Of a stretch of 64,000 nucleotides of DNA, positions 9,044 to 18,049 are shown piece after piece. The DNA lies in assembly GCA_964011675.1 (NCBI GenBank), contig CAXGPR010000006.1:10611-74610 (forward strand), given 5' to 3'. The notes beneath the pieces were generated by a model that had not been told where the DNA came from, searched no databases, and was given only the letters and a program-made list of their open reading frames with translations. The first letter of the stretch is position 1. Each line of letters opens with the position of its first letter. Both the position numbers and the translations under genes were made by a program. This stretch comes from an uncultured bacterium. GTDB lineage: Bacteria > Latescibacterota > UBA2968 > UBA8231.

Positions 9044-9880
9044 GTGGGCGTTGTACTAACCGGGTTTGCCGATGAAATAGGTCCTGATCCGCAGCTGCAG
9101 ATTGATACGCTGAGTGCGGTGGACGTGCGCTTTCTCGAGCTGCGTGCGGTGGGAGGAAAGGGCGTGCTCGACTTGGATACGGACGAAGCTACCGCGTTTA
9201 AGTGCGCGCTTGATGCGGCGGATATTGGCGTGTCCTCTATTGGCTCTCCCATTGGCAAGGTCCAGGTGCGCAGCGACTTGGATGCTCATTTTGCACGGTT
9301 TCGGATCGCGGTTGAGAGCGCACAATTTTTTGGTGCGCGCTACGTGCGTGTCTTCTCGTTTTATCACGAAGGAGAAGAGGCGTCAGCCTGTCGCGAGGAG
9401 GTCATAGAATTTTTCCATCGCATGGTTGATGTTGCAGAGAGCGCAAACGTGGTGCTGCTACACGAAAACGAAAGCCATATTTACGGCGATGTCCCCACGC
9501 GCTGTGCGGATCTATTAGAAGTCCTGTCACGCCCCGCTTTACGCGCCGCCTTTGATCCGGCCAACTTTATTCAGGTCGGCGTTGATCCACTGCGGGATGC
9601 TTGGCCGCTGCTAAAAGACTGCACGGACTACTTTCATATAAAAGATGCGTTGGCCGAATCGCGCGCGGTCGTTCCGGCCGGCTACGGAGACGGCGGTCTT
9701 GAAGCGATATTGCGCGATGCGGTGGATTCGGGTTTTAGCGGCTTTCTGTCTTTGGAACCGCATCTCAAAGCCGAAGATCCGGTGCATGGAGGAGACGGCC
9801 CAGAGCGTTTTATCAAGTCTGTAACGGCGCTGCGGGAGGTGCTGGAACGCGCGGGGATAGAAGAAGTGTATCGTGTTTAA
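9044..9880 (+). CDS. Sugar phosphate isomerase/epimerase (AP endonuclease 2 TIM barrel)
   Basis: GFADEI, LLHENES, FDPANF, YFHIKDA, FLSLEPH metal-binding motifs. Confidence 0.85.
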   Translation: MGVVLTGFADEIGPDPQLQIDTLSAVDVRFLELRAVGGKGVLDLDTDEATAFKCALDAADIGVSSIGSPIGKVQVRSDLDAHFARFRIAVESAQFFGARYVRVFSFYHEGEEASACREEVIEFFHRMVDVAESANVVLLHENESHIYGDVPTRCADLLEVLSRPALRAAFDPANFIQVGVDPLRDAWPLLKDCTDYFHIKDALAESRAVVPAGYGDGGLEAILRDAVDSGFSGFLSLEPHLKAEDPVHGGDGPERFIKSVTALREVLERAGIEEVYRV

Positions 9881-10877
9881 GATTAGTAAGGGACTGGGTA
9901 ATGTAGCGGAGAGTACGCTGCGTTTCTTTGCTCAGATAGGCGTAGAAGAAGTCAGCATTCCGGCGCGCCTTAACGACGACGTGCAGCTGCGGCCGCTTGT
10001 GCCGTCACCTCAATTAAAGGCTCCCGGTTCGCTGCCCGCTATGTGGGACGAGGCAGAACTGCAGCGCATTGCTGAGCGCGTTCGCGCATTTGATCTAAAT
10101 CCCACGCTTATGGACCTGCCGCTTTCTGGACGCATTCTGCTAGGCCTTGAAGGCCGAGACGAGGACCTGCGCGACGTAGAAATGCGGGTGCAGATGGCCG
10201 CTCGCGTTGGGATCGGAGTCCTGACGTATAACTTTACGGCGCTGCGGGCTTCGGAAGGCTATGCCGCTTGTGAAGGAGCCGGGCGTGGCGGTGCGCATTT
10301 ACGCGACTTTGATTTTGCGCGGATTGAGAGACTGCCTCCCTTGGAGGATGTTGGCCAGCACAGCCAAGAGCAAATGTGGGAGCACCTAACGCTTTTCCTG
10401 CGCGCGATCGTGCCCGTGGCCGAGCGCGCGGGGCTGCGTTTGGCGCTGCATCCCAACGACCCGCCGGTGCCGGTCTATCGCGGCGTTGCACAGCCGCTGT
10501 GGAACTTGGATTCAATGAAACGTCTGGTGGATGTAATAGACAGTCGGGCTAATAGCGTATTCTTTGACACGGGCGTTACGACCGAATACGGCGAAGATGC
10601 GGCAGAGGCGATCCGCTACTTTGGCCGGCGAGATCGCATCGGCACGGTGCACTTTCGCAACGTGCGGGTCGAAGAACCTTACTATCGGTATACTGAGACT
10701 TTTGTCGACGAGGGCGATTGCGACATCGTCGCCTGTATGCGCGCTTTTACAGAGGTCGGCTACGAGGGGGGGATTGATCCAGATCATACCCCAAGGCTCA
10801 TAGACGACGCCCATTCTTCTATGGGCTGGGCCTATGCCATCGGGCAGCTGCGCGCGCTGCGCCTGGCCATATACTAG
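9873..10877 (+). CDS. Second mannonate dehydratase (UxuA)-like protein
   Basis: LTYNF, LALHPNDPP, VHFRNV, ETFVDEGDCD, GYEGGIDPDHTP, AYAIGQLRAL. Confidence 0.75.
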   Translation: MFKISKGLGNVAESTLRFFAQIGVEEVSIPARLNDDVQLRPLVPSPQLKAPGSLPAMWDEAELQRIAERVRAFDLNPTLMDLPLSGRILLGLEGRDEDLRDVEMRVQMAARVGIGVLTYNFTALRASEGYAACEGAGRGGAHLRDFDFARIERLPPLEDVGQHSQEQMWEHLTLFLRAIVPVAERAGLRLALHPNDPPVPVYRGVAQPLWNLDSMKRLVDVIDSRANSVFFDTGVTTEYGEDAAEAIRYFGRRDRIGTVHFRNVRVEEPYYRYTETFVDEGDCDIVACMRAFTEVGYEGGIDPDHTPRLIDDAHSSMGWAYAIGQLRALRLAIY

Positions 10878-10913
10878 TCAACTCCAGTCGTACTTGGCAG
10901 GGGCTACACGTGA

Positions 10914-11564
10914 CTATGCCTCTTTACCTGACAGTCTATCGAATGGGTTGACTACGCTAGAGGCCACATTGGAAAGATGTGCGCTGGTGCGGCGTAGGAA
11001 GCGCACAGCCAAGGCAAATGGGACGGCGTCATTGCTACGACCGTCGTCTTTTACAAGCTGCTCAACCAGCATGCTGCTTTGCTTTTTTATTTCTTCGTGC
11101 TGCCGCATTACGCGACGCGCTGCGTCCGTGTTGCTGTCGCGGAGTGCTTCTACCACCTGGGAAAAGAGTGGTGCAATTAAGATTTGCAGCGTGCGACAGG
11201 ATGCTGCATGGGCAGAATTGTTGTGATCTATATTCGCCCATTCACTCAATTCGATTAGGCTCTTGGCGTAGTCTCCGCTGCGTTCGATGTCGTGGACTAT
11301 GCTCAAGAGTGATAGGCTCGTCGGTAGATCCTGTTCGGGATTGAGCGTTAGATGCTCAAAAATCATGCGTCTGACAATCCGCTCACTGGCGTTGATGTCG
11401 TGATCTTCTTTCAGCACTTCAGTGCTGTTGTCGGCTGAATTCAACAGGTTGTTACAGGCTAAGTCAAACATACGTTCTGCCCGTTTGAGCATGTCTATCA
11501 CTTCGTTGATGGCGTCGTAGAGCAGAGACGTGCGTTTATCAGTTTCGATTATTTCTTTAAACAT
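10914..11564 (-). CDS. PhoU-domain protein
   Basis: Helical repeats DHDINASERIVRR, IVHDIERSGDYAKSL and FLRRTSAHLSNVASSV; 3 nt downstream of the Na/Pi transporter. Confidence 0.8.
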   Translation of the reverse strand: MFKEIIETDKRTSLLYDAINEVIDMLKRAERMFDLACNNLLNSADNSTEVLKEDHDINASERIVRRMIFEHLTLNPEQDLPTSLSLLSIVHDIERSGDYAKSLIELSEWANIDHNNSAHAASCRTLQILIAPLFSQVVEALRDSNTDAARRVMRQHEEIKKQSSMLVEQLVKDDGRSNDAVPFALAVRFLRRTSAHLSNVASSVVNPFDRLSGKEA

Positions 11565-11567
11565 GGC

Positions 11568-12662
11568 TTATCTCCAGACGAGAATGAGCAAAAGAGGTAT
11601 GATATAGAAAACGCAGCCAAGGTATATGAACGCATAGACTCTGGAACGGCTGGTCAATTCGGCCAGTCCGCGCGCCATTTTCAGTGGAATTTGGCGAATT
11701 TGTGCAATGGGATAGACGATGGCGATGCCCGTTATGTTGAAGAAAAGATGGGCAAAAGCAACGGTAACAGCGGCCACATTGCCCGTGGCAAGTGAGGCCA
11801 GCATGGCGGTTACCGTAGTGCCAATATTGGCACCGAGCGTGAAGGGAAAAACCTGTTCAAGCGTTAGGATTCCAGCGCCAATAAGCGGCACGATCATCGA
11901 GGTGGTAATAGACGAACTCTGGACCATGATAGTTAGCACGATGCCGAAGAGCATGGCGATGGGCGCTGCGCCGAAGAGGTAGCGATGTAAATAGCGTTCG
12001 GCGCGTTTGATTACGACGCCGCGGGCCAAATCAACCAAGAATTTAAGCGCGAGATACATAATTATGAGCGCTACGATAAGGCATAAAACGGGATTGGAAC
12101 CAAGTATTTCAATTAGCCATTTTACTGCAGGTGAAGTGAGCTGTTTGAGAGGGTTGGCAAACTTCATGCCGCCTATACCCTGAAACAGATCGGCCGTTCG
12201 CTCCGCTACATATTGCAGGTAGCCGGTGGCGATTTCCAACGGCAGTAAAATAAGCACGGCAATTAGGTTAAAGAAGTCGTGCACCGTAGCACCGGCCAGC
12301 GCTCGCTTGAACTCTTCTTTTCGAGTGATATGGCCCATAGATACTAGCGTATTGGTCACGCTGGTTCCCACGTTGGCGCCCATGATTACGGGAATGGCGC
12401 CCTCGATGGTTAAAGCGCCTCCAGCAACCATGCCGACGGCGATGGCCGTCGTAGTAGACGAACTCTGGGCAAGTGTCGTGCCCAAAATACCAGCGAAGAT
12501 GCCTACGAGTGGATTGGACGTCATCTCTATGATCTGTATCGCGAGCTCTTTGCCAAAAAGCTTAAACGATCCGCCGAGTAGGCCAATACTGACGAGAAAA
12601 ACGTAGAGAATTAACACCAAGCCCACTATCTGTAGCCAAAATTGTAACGTATCCCGTTTCAT
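11568..12662 (-). CDS. Na+/phosphate cotransporter (NptA/SLC34-like)
   Basis: Two QSSS repeats (LAQSSSTTT, MVQSSSITTS), GANVGTSVT / GANIGTTVT, AGATVHDFFN; likely ATG at 12662. Confidence 0.9.
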   Translation of the reverse strand: MKRDTLQFWLQIVGLVLILYVFLVSIGLLGGSFKLFGKELAIQIIEMTSNPLVGIFAGILGTTLAQSSSTTTAIAVGMVAGGALTIEGAIPVIMGANVGTSVTNTLVSMGHITRKEEFKRALAGATVHDFFNLIAVLILLPLEIATGYLQYVAERTADLFQGIGGMKFANPLKQLTSPAVKWLIEILGSNPVLCLIVALIIMYLALKFLVDLARGVVIKRAERYLHRYLFGAAPIAMLFGIVLTIMVQSSSITTSMIVPLIGAGILTLEQVFPFTLGANIGTTVTAMLASLATGNVAAVTVAFAHLFFNITGIAIVYPIAQIRQIPLKMARGLAELTSRSRVYAFIYLGCVFYIIPLLLILVWR

Positions 12663-12688
12663 GAGCCTCTTAAATGTGAAGTGTCTTT

Positions 12689-12706
12689 GTAACACAAAAT
12701 TAACAC
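12689..12706 (-). promoter_or_regulatory. 7-4-7 direct repeat resembling a Pho box
   Basis: Minus strand GTGTTAA-TTTT-GTGTTAC (11-bp period, AT-rich spacer) between the predicted promoter and the RBS of the Na/Pi-phoU operon. Confidence 0.45.
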
Positions 12707-12712
12707 TTTCGT

Positions 12713-12741
12713 AGTATATCTAAAGATATCAAGGCTGACAA
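12713..12741 (-). promoter_or_regulatory. sigma70 promoter of the Na/Pi-phoU operon
   Basis: Minus strand TTGTCA (12741-12736) - N17 - TATACT (12718-12713). Confidence 0.55.
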
Positions 12742-12892
12742 TACAGCCGCCTGTGAGTTAGATTTTTGTACTTTATTAGTGCACTCTCCACCTGAGTTAA
12801 GGGGAGTATATCTTTACTTATGACAGGTCTTTTTATACCTTCCCCATCCTGTTAAACCGTCTGTTTTATCCAGCCGATCGGGGCCCTAGGCG

Positions 12893-13630
12893 ATGCCAGT
12901 CCATCTACACATTGTCGAAGATGCGGTCGACGTGGCGCGCGCTGCATCCCAACACGTATGTGCACAGGTGCGCGAGCGTTCTGATGCCGTGTTGGGTCTG
13001 GCAACGGGCTCCACTCCGGAGGCAACCTATGCGGAGTTGGTCCAGTTGTATCGGGAGCGTGCGCTCTCTTTCGCACGCGTGCGCAGCGTCAACCTTGATG
13101 AGTACTGCGGCCTGGATGGAGCACACGAGCAGAGCTATCGCCACTACATGCAAACGCATCTTTTTGACTGGGTGGATATACGTCCTTGGAATACGCTGGT
13201 ACCGGACGGCCTCGCGGCTGATAGAGAAGCGGAATGTCGCGCTTATGAAGAGCGTATTCGCGCACTCGGTGGGGTGGACCTTTGGCTGCTCGGGATTGGT
13301 AGCAACGGACATATTGCCTTCAATGAACCAGGTTCGTCGCGCGATAGCCGAACCCGCTGCGTGCAGCTAACGGCTGAGACCATAGCCGACAACAGTCGAC
13401 AGTTCGCCGCGTCCACGGAGGTGCCTCGGCGTGCCTTTACTGTGGGAGTCGGAACGATATTAGAAGCGCGTCGCGTATTGCTTTTGGCTACGGGTGCACA
13501 CAAGGCGCGCGCTGTAGTTGCCGCATTGCAGGGAGATCCGGGAACGCACTGTCCCGCCAGTTTTTTGCGGGAACACGCGCACTGCACGTTCGTGATTGAT
13601 CGCCCAGCGGCGTCTATGTTGGAGAGGTGA
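12893..13630 (+). CDS. nagB: Glucosamine-6-phosphate deaminase
   Basis: GLATGSTP, NLDEYCGL, LGIGSNGHIAFNEPGS, TVGVGTIL. Confidence 0.92.
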   Translation: MPVHLHIVEDAVDVARAASQHVCAQVRERSDAVLGLATGSTPEATYAELVQLYRERALSFARVRSVNLDEYCGLDGAHEQSYRHYMQTHLFDWVDIRPWNTLVPDGLAADREAECRAYEERIRALGGVDLWLLGIGSNGHIAFNEPGSSRDSRTRCVQLTAETIADNSRQFAASTEVPRRAFTVGVGTILEARRVLLLATGAHKARAVVAALQGDPGTHCPASFLREHAHCTFVIDRPAASMLER

Positions 13631-13634
13631 GCAC

Positions 13635-14825
13635 GTGATTTTGGTGCTTAACTGCGGCTCTTCTTCGCTCAAGTTCTGCCTTTTTGACGAGCACGAAACG
13701 CCGCGTGCCCGCGGCGTGGTCGAGCGTTTGGGACAGCGCGAATCTACGCTGGTCTGCGAGCGGAACGGAGAGCAGATGCGTCGATCTCTACTCGCTGCGG
13801 ATCACCGTCGGGCGTTGGGTGCAGTGGTCGATGCGCTGAGCGAAGGGGGACTGGCAGCCGATGCATTGGAAGGGGTTGGACATCGCGTAGTGCACGGCGG
13901 AGAGCGAGTCGTTGAGGCCGTGCGGATTACGCCGGACATCGAAAAGCACATCGAGGCGTGCGTCCCCCTTGCTCCGCTGCACAACCCGGCTGCTCTAGAG
14001 GGCGTGCGCGCAGCTCGCTGCCTTTTTGTCGGAGTGCCTCAGGTGGGCGTTTTCGATACGGCTTTTCACCAAACTCTGCCCGCTCGTGCATTTCTCTACG
14101 CGCTGCCTCGTGCGCTCTATGCCGAGCAAGGGATTCGTCGCTACGGGTTCCACGGAACTTCGCACCGCTATGTGGCGATGCGAGCGGGGGAACTGCTGGG
14201 CGTTGCGCTGGAGAGGCTAAGCGTTATCACCTGCCATTTGGGCAACGGCGTCTCGCTTGCCGCCGTTGCGGGCGGGCGTTCTGTGGATACGACGATGGGA
14301 TTAACGCCGCTGGAGGGCATTCCCATGGGCACGCGTTCGGGCGATATTGACTCCGCGCTGGTGTTCCACCTGATGCGAGAGGGCAAGACGCTGGATGAGG
14401 TCGAGCACATGCTGCAGCATGAAAGCGGTCTGTTGGGGCTTTCTGGGCGGTCTCAGGACGTGCGTGAACTGGAGACGGCGGCTACGGATGGCGACGAGGT
14501 TGCCGCCGAGGCACTCGAAGTCTTTGCGTATCGGGTGCGCAAAGCGATCGGCTCGTACTGTGCGGTCTTAGGGCGCGTTAACGCGCTGGTATTTACTGGA
14601 GGCATTGGCCAGCACAGCGCTTTTATGCGCAGGCGTATTCTCGAAGGACTCCAGCACATGGGCATGCAGATTGATTCCGCGCGCAACCGAAATCACGCGG
14701 GCGATGAGGGCGAAGTGTCGCACGTCGACTCGCGAGTGAAAATATTAGTGGTTCCGACAAATGAAGAGCTCGTCATCGCGCGCGAGGTGCGCGAAGTATT
14801 GGCTAAGGCTAAGGATATTAGATGA
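13635..14825 (+). CDS. ackA: Acetate kinase
   Basis: ILVLNCGSSSLK, GHRVVHGG, APLHNP, VFDTAFH, RRYGFHGTSH, CHLGNG, TMGLTPLEG, GTRSGD, VFTGGIG, VVPTNEE; GTG start at 13635. Confidence 0.95.
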   Translation: MILVLNCGSSSLKFCLFDEHETPRARGVVERLGQRESTLVCERNGEQMRRSLLAADHRRALGAVVDALSEGGLAADALEGVGHRVVHGGERVVEAVRITPDIEKHIEACVPLAPLHNPAALEGVRAARCLFVGVPQVGVFDTAFHQTLPARAFLYALPRALYAEQGIRRYGFHGTSHRYVAMRAGELLGVALERLSVITCHLGNGVSLAAVAGGRSVDTTMGLTPLEGIPMGTRSGDIDSALVFHLMREGKTLDEVEHMLQHESGLLGLSGRSQDVRELETAATDGDEVAAEALEVFAYRVRKAIGSYCAVLGRVNALVFTGGIGQHSAFMRRRILEGLQHMGMQIDSARNRNHAGDEGEVSHVDSRVKILVVPTNEELVIAREVREVLAKAKDIR

Positions 14826-17170
14826 CAGGAAATACGCTAACTGCCGTTGAACGACACGCGCTCGAACAGTCCCCTCTTGGAGACCTGTATGTTCCAAGAG
14901 AAAAGATGCGAACGATTGTTGTAGACAACTTTCCCTCTCTGGGAAAGCTCGCAGCCATGCGCTTTATCGAATGGGTGCAGCACAACCCCGGCGGTGTTAT
15001 ATCGCTGCCCACTGGTAAAACCCCCGAGCACTTTATTCGCTGGGTGACGCATGTAATGAGCGCATGGGGCACGCCTGAAGTTGTGCGCGAACTGGAGGCC
15101 AACGGCATAGATCCAGGTGTGAAACCGGATATGGCCTCTCTGCACTTTGTGCAGATTGACGAATTTTATCCCATAGATCCGGGCCAGGGAAACAGTTTTT
15201 TTTCCTATGTGAATAAGTTTTACATCGAGGGGTTTGGCCTCTCGCCTGAGCGAGCGCTGCTGATGGACTGCAACGAGATCGGTCTACTGCCCGGTCAGAC
15301 GCTCTCCAGCGTTTGGGCAGATGGAGAGGTAGACCTGTCGCTGCGCAATCGAGCTGCGCAAACCGCGTTGGAGAGCACGCAGCAGCAGGCCCTGATGCGC
15401 ATTGACCAGTGGTGCCAGCAATACGAACAGCGCATACGCGACCTGGGCGGCATTGGCTTTTTTCTGGGTGGGATTGGTCCAGATGGGCACATAGGGTTCA
15501 ACGTGCGCGGGGCAGACCACTTTAGCACGACGCGTCTGACGGGGGTTAATTACGAGACGCAGGCCGCCGCCGCTGGGGACCTAGGCGGTATTGAGGTCGC
15601 GCGCAAGCGACTGGTGATCACGATAGGATTGGGCACGATTGCCTATAACCGAGAGGCCTGTGCGCTCGTTATAGCAGCAGGTGAGGCCAAGGCGGGGATT
15701 GTAGCCGATGCGGTGGAAAGCGATCCGGACGTCTCATATCCGGCAACCGCGCTGCACAGTTTGCCCGGTGCGCGGTTTTACATAACGCTGGGGGCTGCTA
15801 AGCTTCTGGAGCGTCGTCAGCTCGATTTACTAGCTCGACAGGAGCAGGTTGACGATGAGACGGTAGAAAAGATCGTAGTCGACTTGGCCGTTGACTGTAA
15901 TAAGCAGATTGATGCGTTAACAGAAGCTGATTTTGCTGATAGCGAATTCGCTGCAGCGCTCCTCGAGCGTCGCCCCGAGAGCGTAGGGGAGCTTACGCAA
16001 AGCGTGCGCAACAGGCTGATTTCCAAGATCGAGCGGGGTATGGATACGATGCAAGATACGCGTTTCTTGCACACGGAGCCCCATCACGACGATCTGATGC
16101 TTGGCTATTGGCCTTACATCGTTCGGCACACCAGGCCCGATAGCAACACGCACTATTTCGTCTGTTTGACTGGTGGGTTTACGGCGGTCACAAATCAGTT
16201 TATCTGTGACCATGTTGAACGACTGCGGCGCTTTCTCGACAGCGCTGACTGCGCTCTCCTCATGGACGAGGGTTACTTTGATCCGAGCAATAGTCAGGGA
16301 CGCAATCGCGACGTGTGGCAGTATCTTGACGGCGTAGCCGCTGACGATGAAGATCTGCGCAACGAGGGTATGGCGCGGCGCTTCCTGCGCAATCTGATTG
16401 ATTTGTATGGGTCGATGGACCGCGCGGCGCTTAAGGAGCGCATCGGAGCTTTGGAGGACTATTTTTCTGCGCATTATCCAGGTCAAAAAGACGAGTCCGA
16501 CATACAGCGCCTAAAGAGCATGTGCCGAGAATGGGAAGCCGAGTGCACTTGGGGCTATTTGGGGTGGAACTGCGAAAGCGTGCGGCATCTGCGACTCAGC
16601 TTCTACACGGGCGATATTTTTACCCGCGAACCTACCGTCGAAGGCGACGTCGTTCCGGTGATCAACCTACTTGAAGAGGTCAATCCAGATATTGTCAGCG
16701 TCGCGCTCGACCCGGAAGCAAGCGGCCCAGATACCCATTACAAAGTCCTACAGGCGATCACCGAGGCGCTGCGGCGCTACGAGGCGACGAGCGGACGCTC
16801 CGATATAAAGGTCTGGGGCTACCGGAACGTGTGGTTTCGCTTTCATCCCAGTGAAGCAGACATCTTTGTTCCGGTCTCACTCAATATGCTCTCTGTTATG
16901 CACAGTGCGTTTATGAACACCTTTATCTCTCAGCGCGATGCGTCATTTCCTAGCTACGAGCACGATGGTCCCTTTTCCGAACTGGCACGTAAGGTGCAGG
17001 TCGATCAGTATCAGAAACTCAAAACGTGCTTGGGACGGGCTTGGTTTCACGAGCACCCGAGTCCGCTTATTCGAGCGACGCGCGGTTTGGTTTATCTCAA
17101 GGAAATGCCGTTGGGCGAGTTTTACGAGCGCAGTCGCACGCTTATGTTGGCGGCGGAGAATCGTCAATAA
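14822..17170 (+). CDS. Glucosamine-6-phosphate deaminase domain fused to a PIG-L/LmbE-type deacetylase domain (long NagB)
   Basis: N-terminus SLPTGKTP, QIDEFYP, GGIGPDGHIGFN; C-terminus HTEPHHDDLMLG, CLTGG, GPDTHYK, WGYRNVW. Confidence 0.8.
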   Translation: MTGNTLTAVERHALEQSPLGDLYVPREKMRTIVVDNFPSLGKLAAMRFIEWVQHNPGGVISLPTGKTPEHFIRWVTHVMSAWGTPEVVRELEANGIDPGVKPDMASLHFVQIDEFYPIDPGQGNSFFSYVNKFYIEGFGLSPERALLMDCNEIGLLPGQTLSSVWADGEVDLSLRNRAAQTALESTQQQALMRIDQWCQQYEQRIRDLGGIGFFLGGIGPDGHIGFNVRGADHFSTTRLTGVNYETQAAAAGDLGGIEVARKRLVITIGLGTIAYNREACALVIAAGEAKAGIVADAVESDPDVSYPATALHSLPGARFYITLGAAKLLERRQLDLLARQEQVDDETVEKIVVDLAVDCNKQIDALTEADFADSEFAAALLERRPESVGELTQSVRNRLISKIERGMDTMQDTRFLHTEPHHDDLMLGYWPYIVRHTRPDSNTHYFVCLTGGFTAVTNQFICDHVERLRRFLDSADCALLMDEGYFDPSNSQGRNRDVWQYLDGVAADDEDLRNEGMARRFLRNLIDLYGSMDRAALKERIGALEDYFSAHYPGQKDESDIQRLKSMCREWEAECTWGYLGWNCESVRHLRLSFYTGDIFTREPTVEGDVVPVINLLEEVNPDIVSVALDPEASGPDTHYKVLQAITEALRRYEATSGRSDIKVWGYRNVWFRFHPSEADIFVPVSLNMLSVMHSAFMNTFISQRDASFPSYEHDGPFSELARKVQVDQYQKLKTCLGRAWFHEHPSPLIRATRGLVYLKEMPLGEFYERSRTLMLAAENRQ

Positions 17171-17215
17171 CGAGCATGCGCTAGCGCGTGTAAAACGCCT
17201 CCCGGAGGAGGAGAT

Positions 17216-18049
17216 ATGCATATTGCCGTTACAGGTGCAGCCGGTCGTATCGGTCGCTATGTCGTACGCGATTTGCTGGCGGCTGGCCACAGCGTGCAGG
17301 GCATTGATGCGGTCGCGGGGAGCGGTCTACAGGTCGACCTGACGGACGCGGGCCAAGTGTATGACGCGTTTGCTGGAGCCGATGCCGTGGTGCATATGGG
17401 TGCATGGGCCAATGCGGGTATGGTTCCAGATGTGCGGACGTATGGCGATAATACTGCCGGCACGTATAACGTCTTCCAGGCGTGCGCCGACTTGGGTGTG
17501 CGGCGCGTCGTGTCGGCTTCCAGCAACCAGGTTTACGGGTTTTTTTCTGCACCTCCTCTCTATGCGCCGATAGACGAGGCGCACCCAACGCGCCCGGTCA
17601 ACAGCTATGCCCTGTCTAAGCTCGCCGGAGAGCAAGCGGCCGAATACTTTTCTCGCACGCGGGGTATGGAGATTCTTTCCTTCCGCATTATGGGCGCGCG
17701 TGTCCCGTCTGAACTGCCCGGTGATATAGCGCAAATCAAGTCGGACGAGGGCGCGGCTACCAAGCTGCTGTGGACGCGCAGTGATGCACGCGACATTGCG
17801 CTAGCGTGTCGATTGGCTGTAGAGGTCGAAAGGGTGGAGTCGGGCGCGTATAATATCACCGGACCGCGCGTTGTGCTCGAAGTGGAGACGCGCGAACTGC
17901 TGGCGCGCTACTGCCCTTCCACGGCAGTGCGCGAGGGATTGGTAGGGGCAGCCGCTCCGCTGAGCTGCCAAAAAGCCCAGCGCGCTTTCGGATACCAACC
18001 GCGCTATGCGTGGTCAGAATACACGTATCACCTGGAGGATAACGAGTGA
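17216..18049 (+). CDS. NAD-dependent epimerase/dehydratase (extended SDR)
   Basis: VTGAAGRIG, ASS, YALSK. Confidence 0.85.
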   Translation: MHIAVTGAAGRIGRYVVRDLLAAGHSVQGIDAVAGSGLQVDLTDAGQVYDAFAGADAVVHMGAWANAGMVPDVRTYGDNTAGTYNVFQACADLGVRRVVSASSNQVYGFFSAPPLYAPIDEAHPTRPVNSYALSKLAGEQAAEYFSRTRGMEILSFRIMGARVPSELPGDIAQIKSDEGAATKLLWTRSDARDIALACRLAVEVERVESGAYNITGPRVVLEVETRELLARYCPSTAVREGLVGAAAPLSCQKAQRAFGYQPRYAWSEYTYHLEDNE

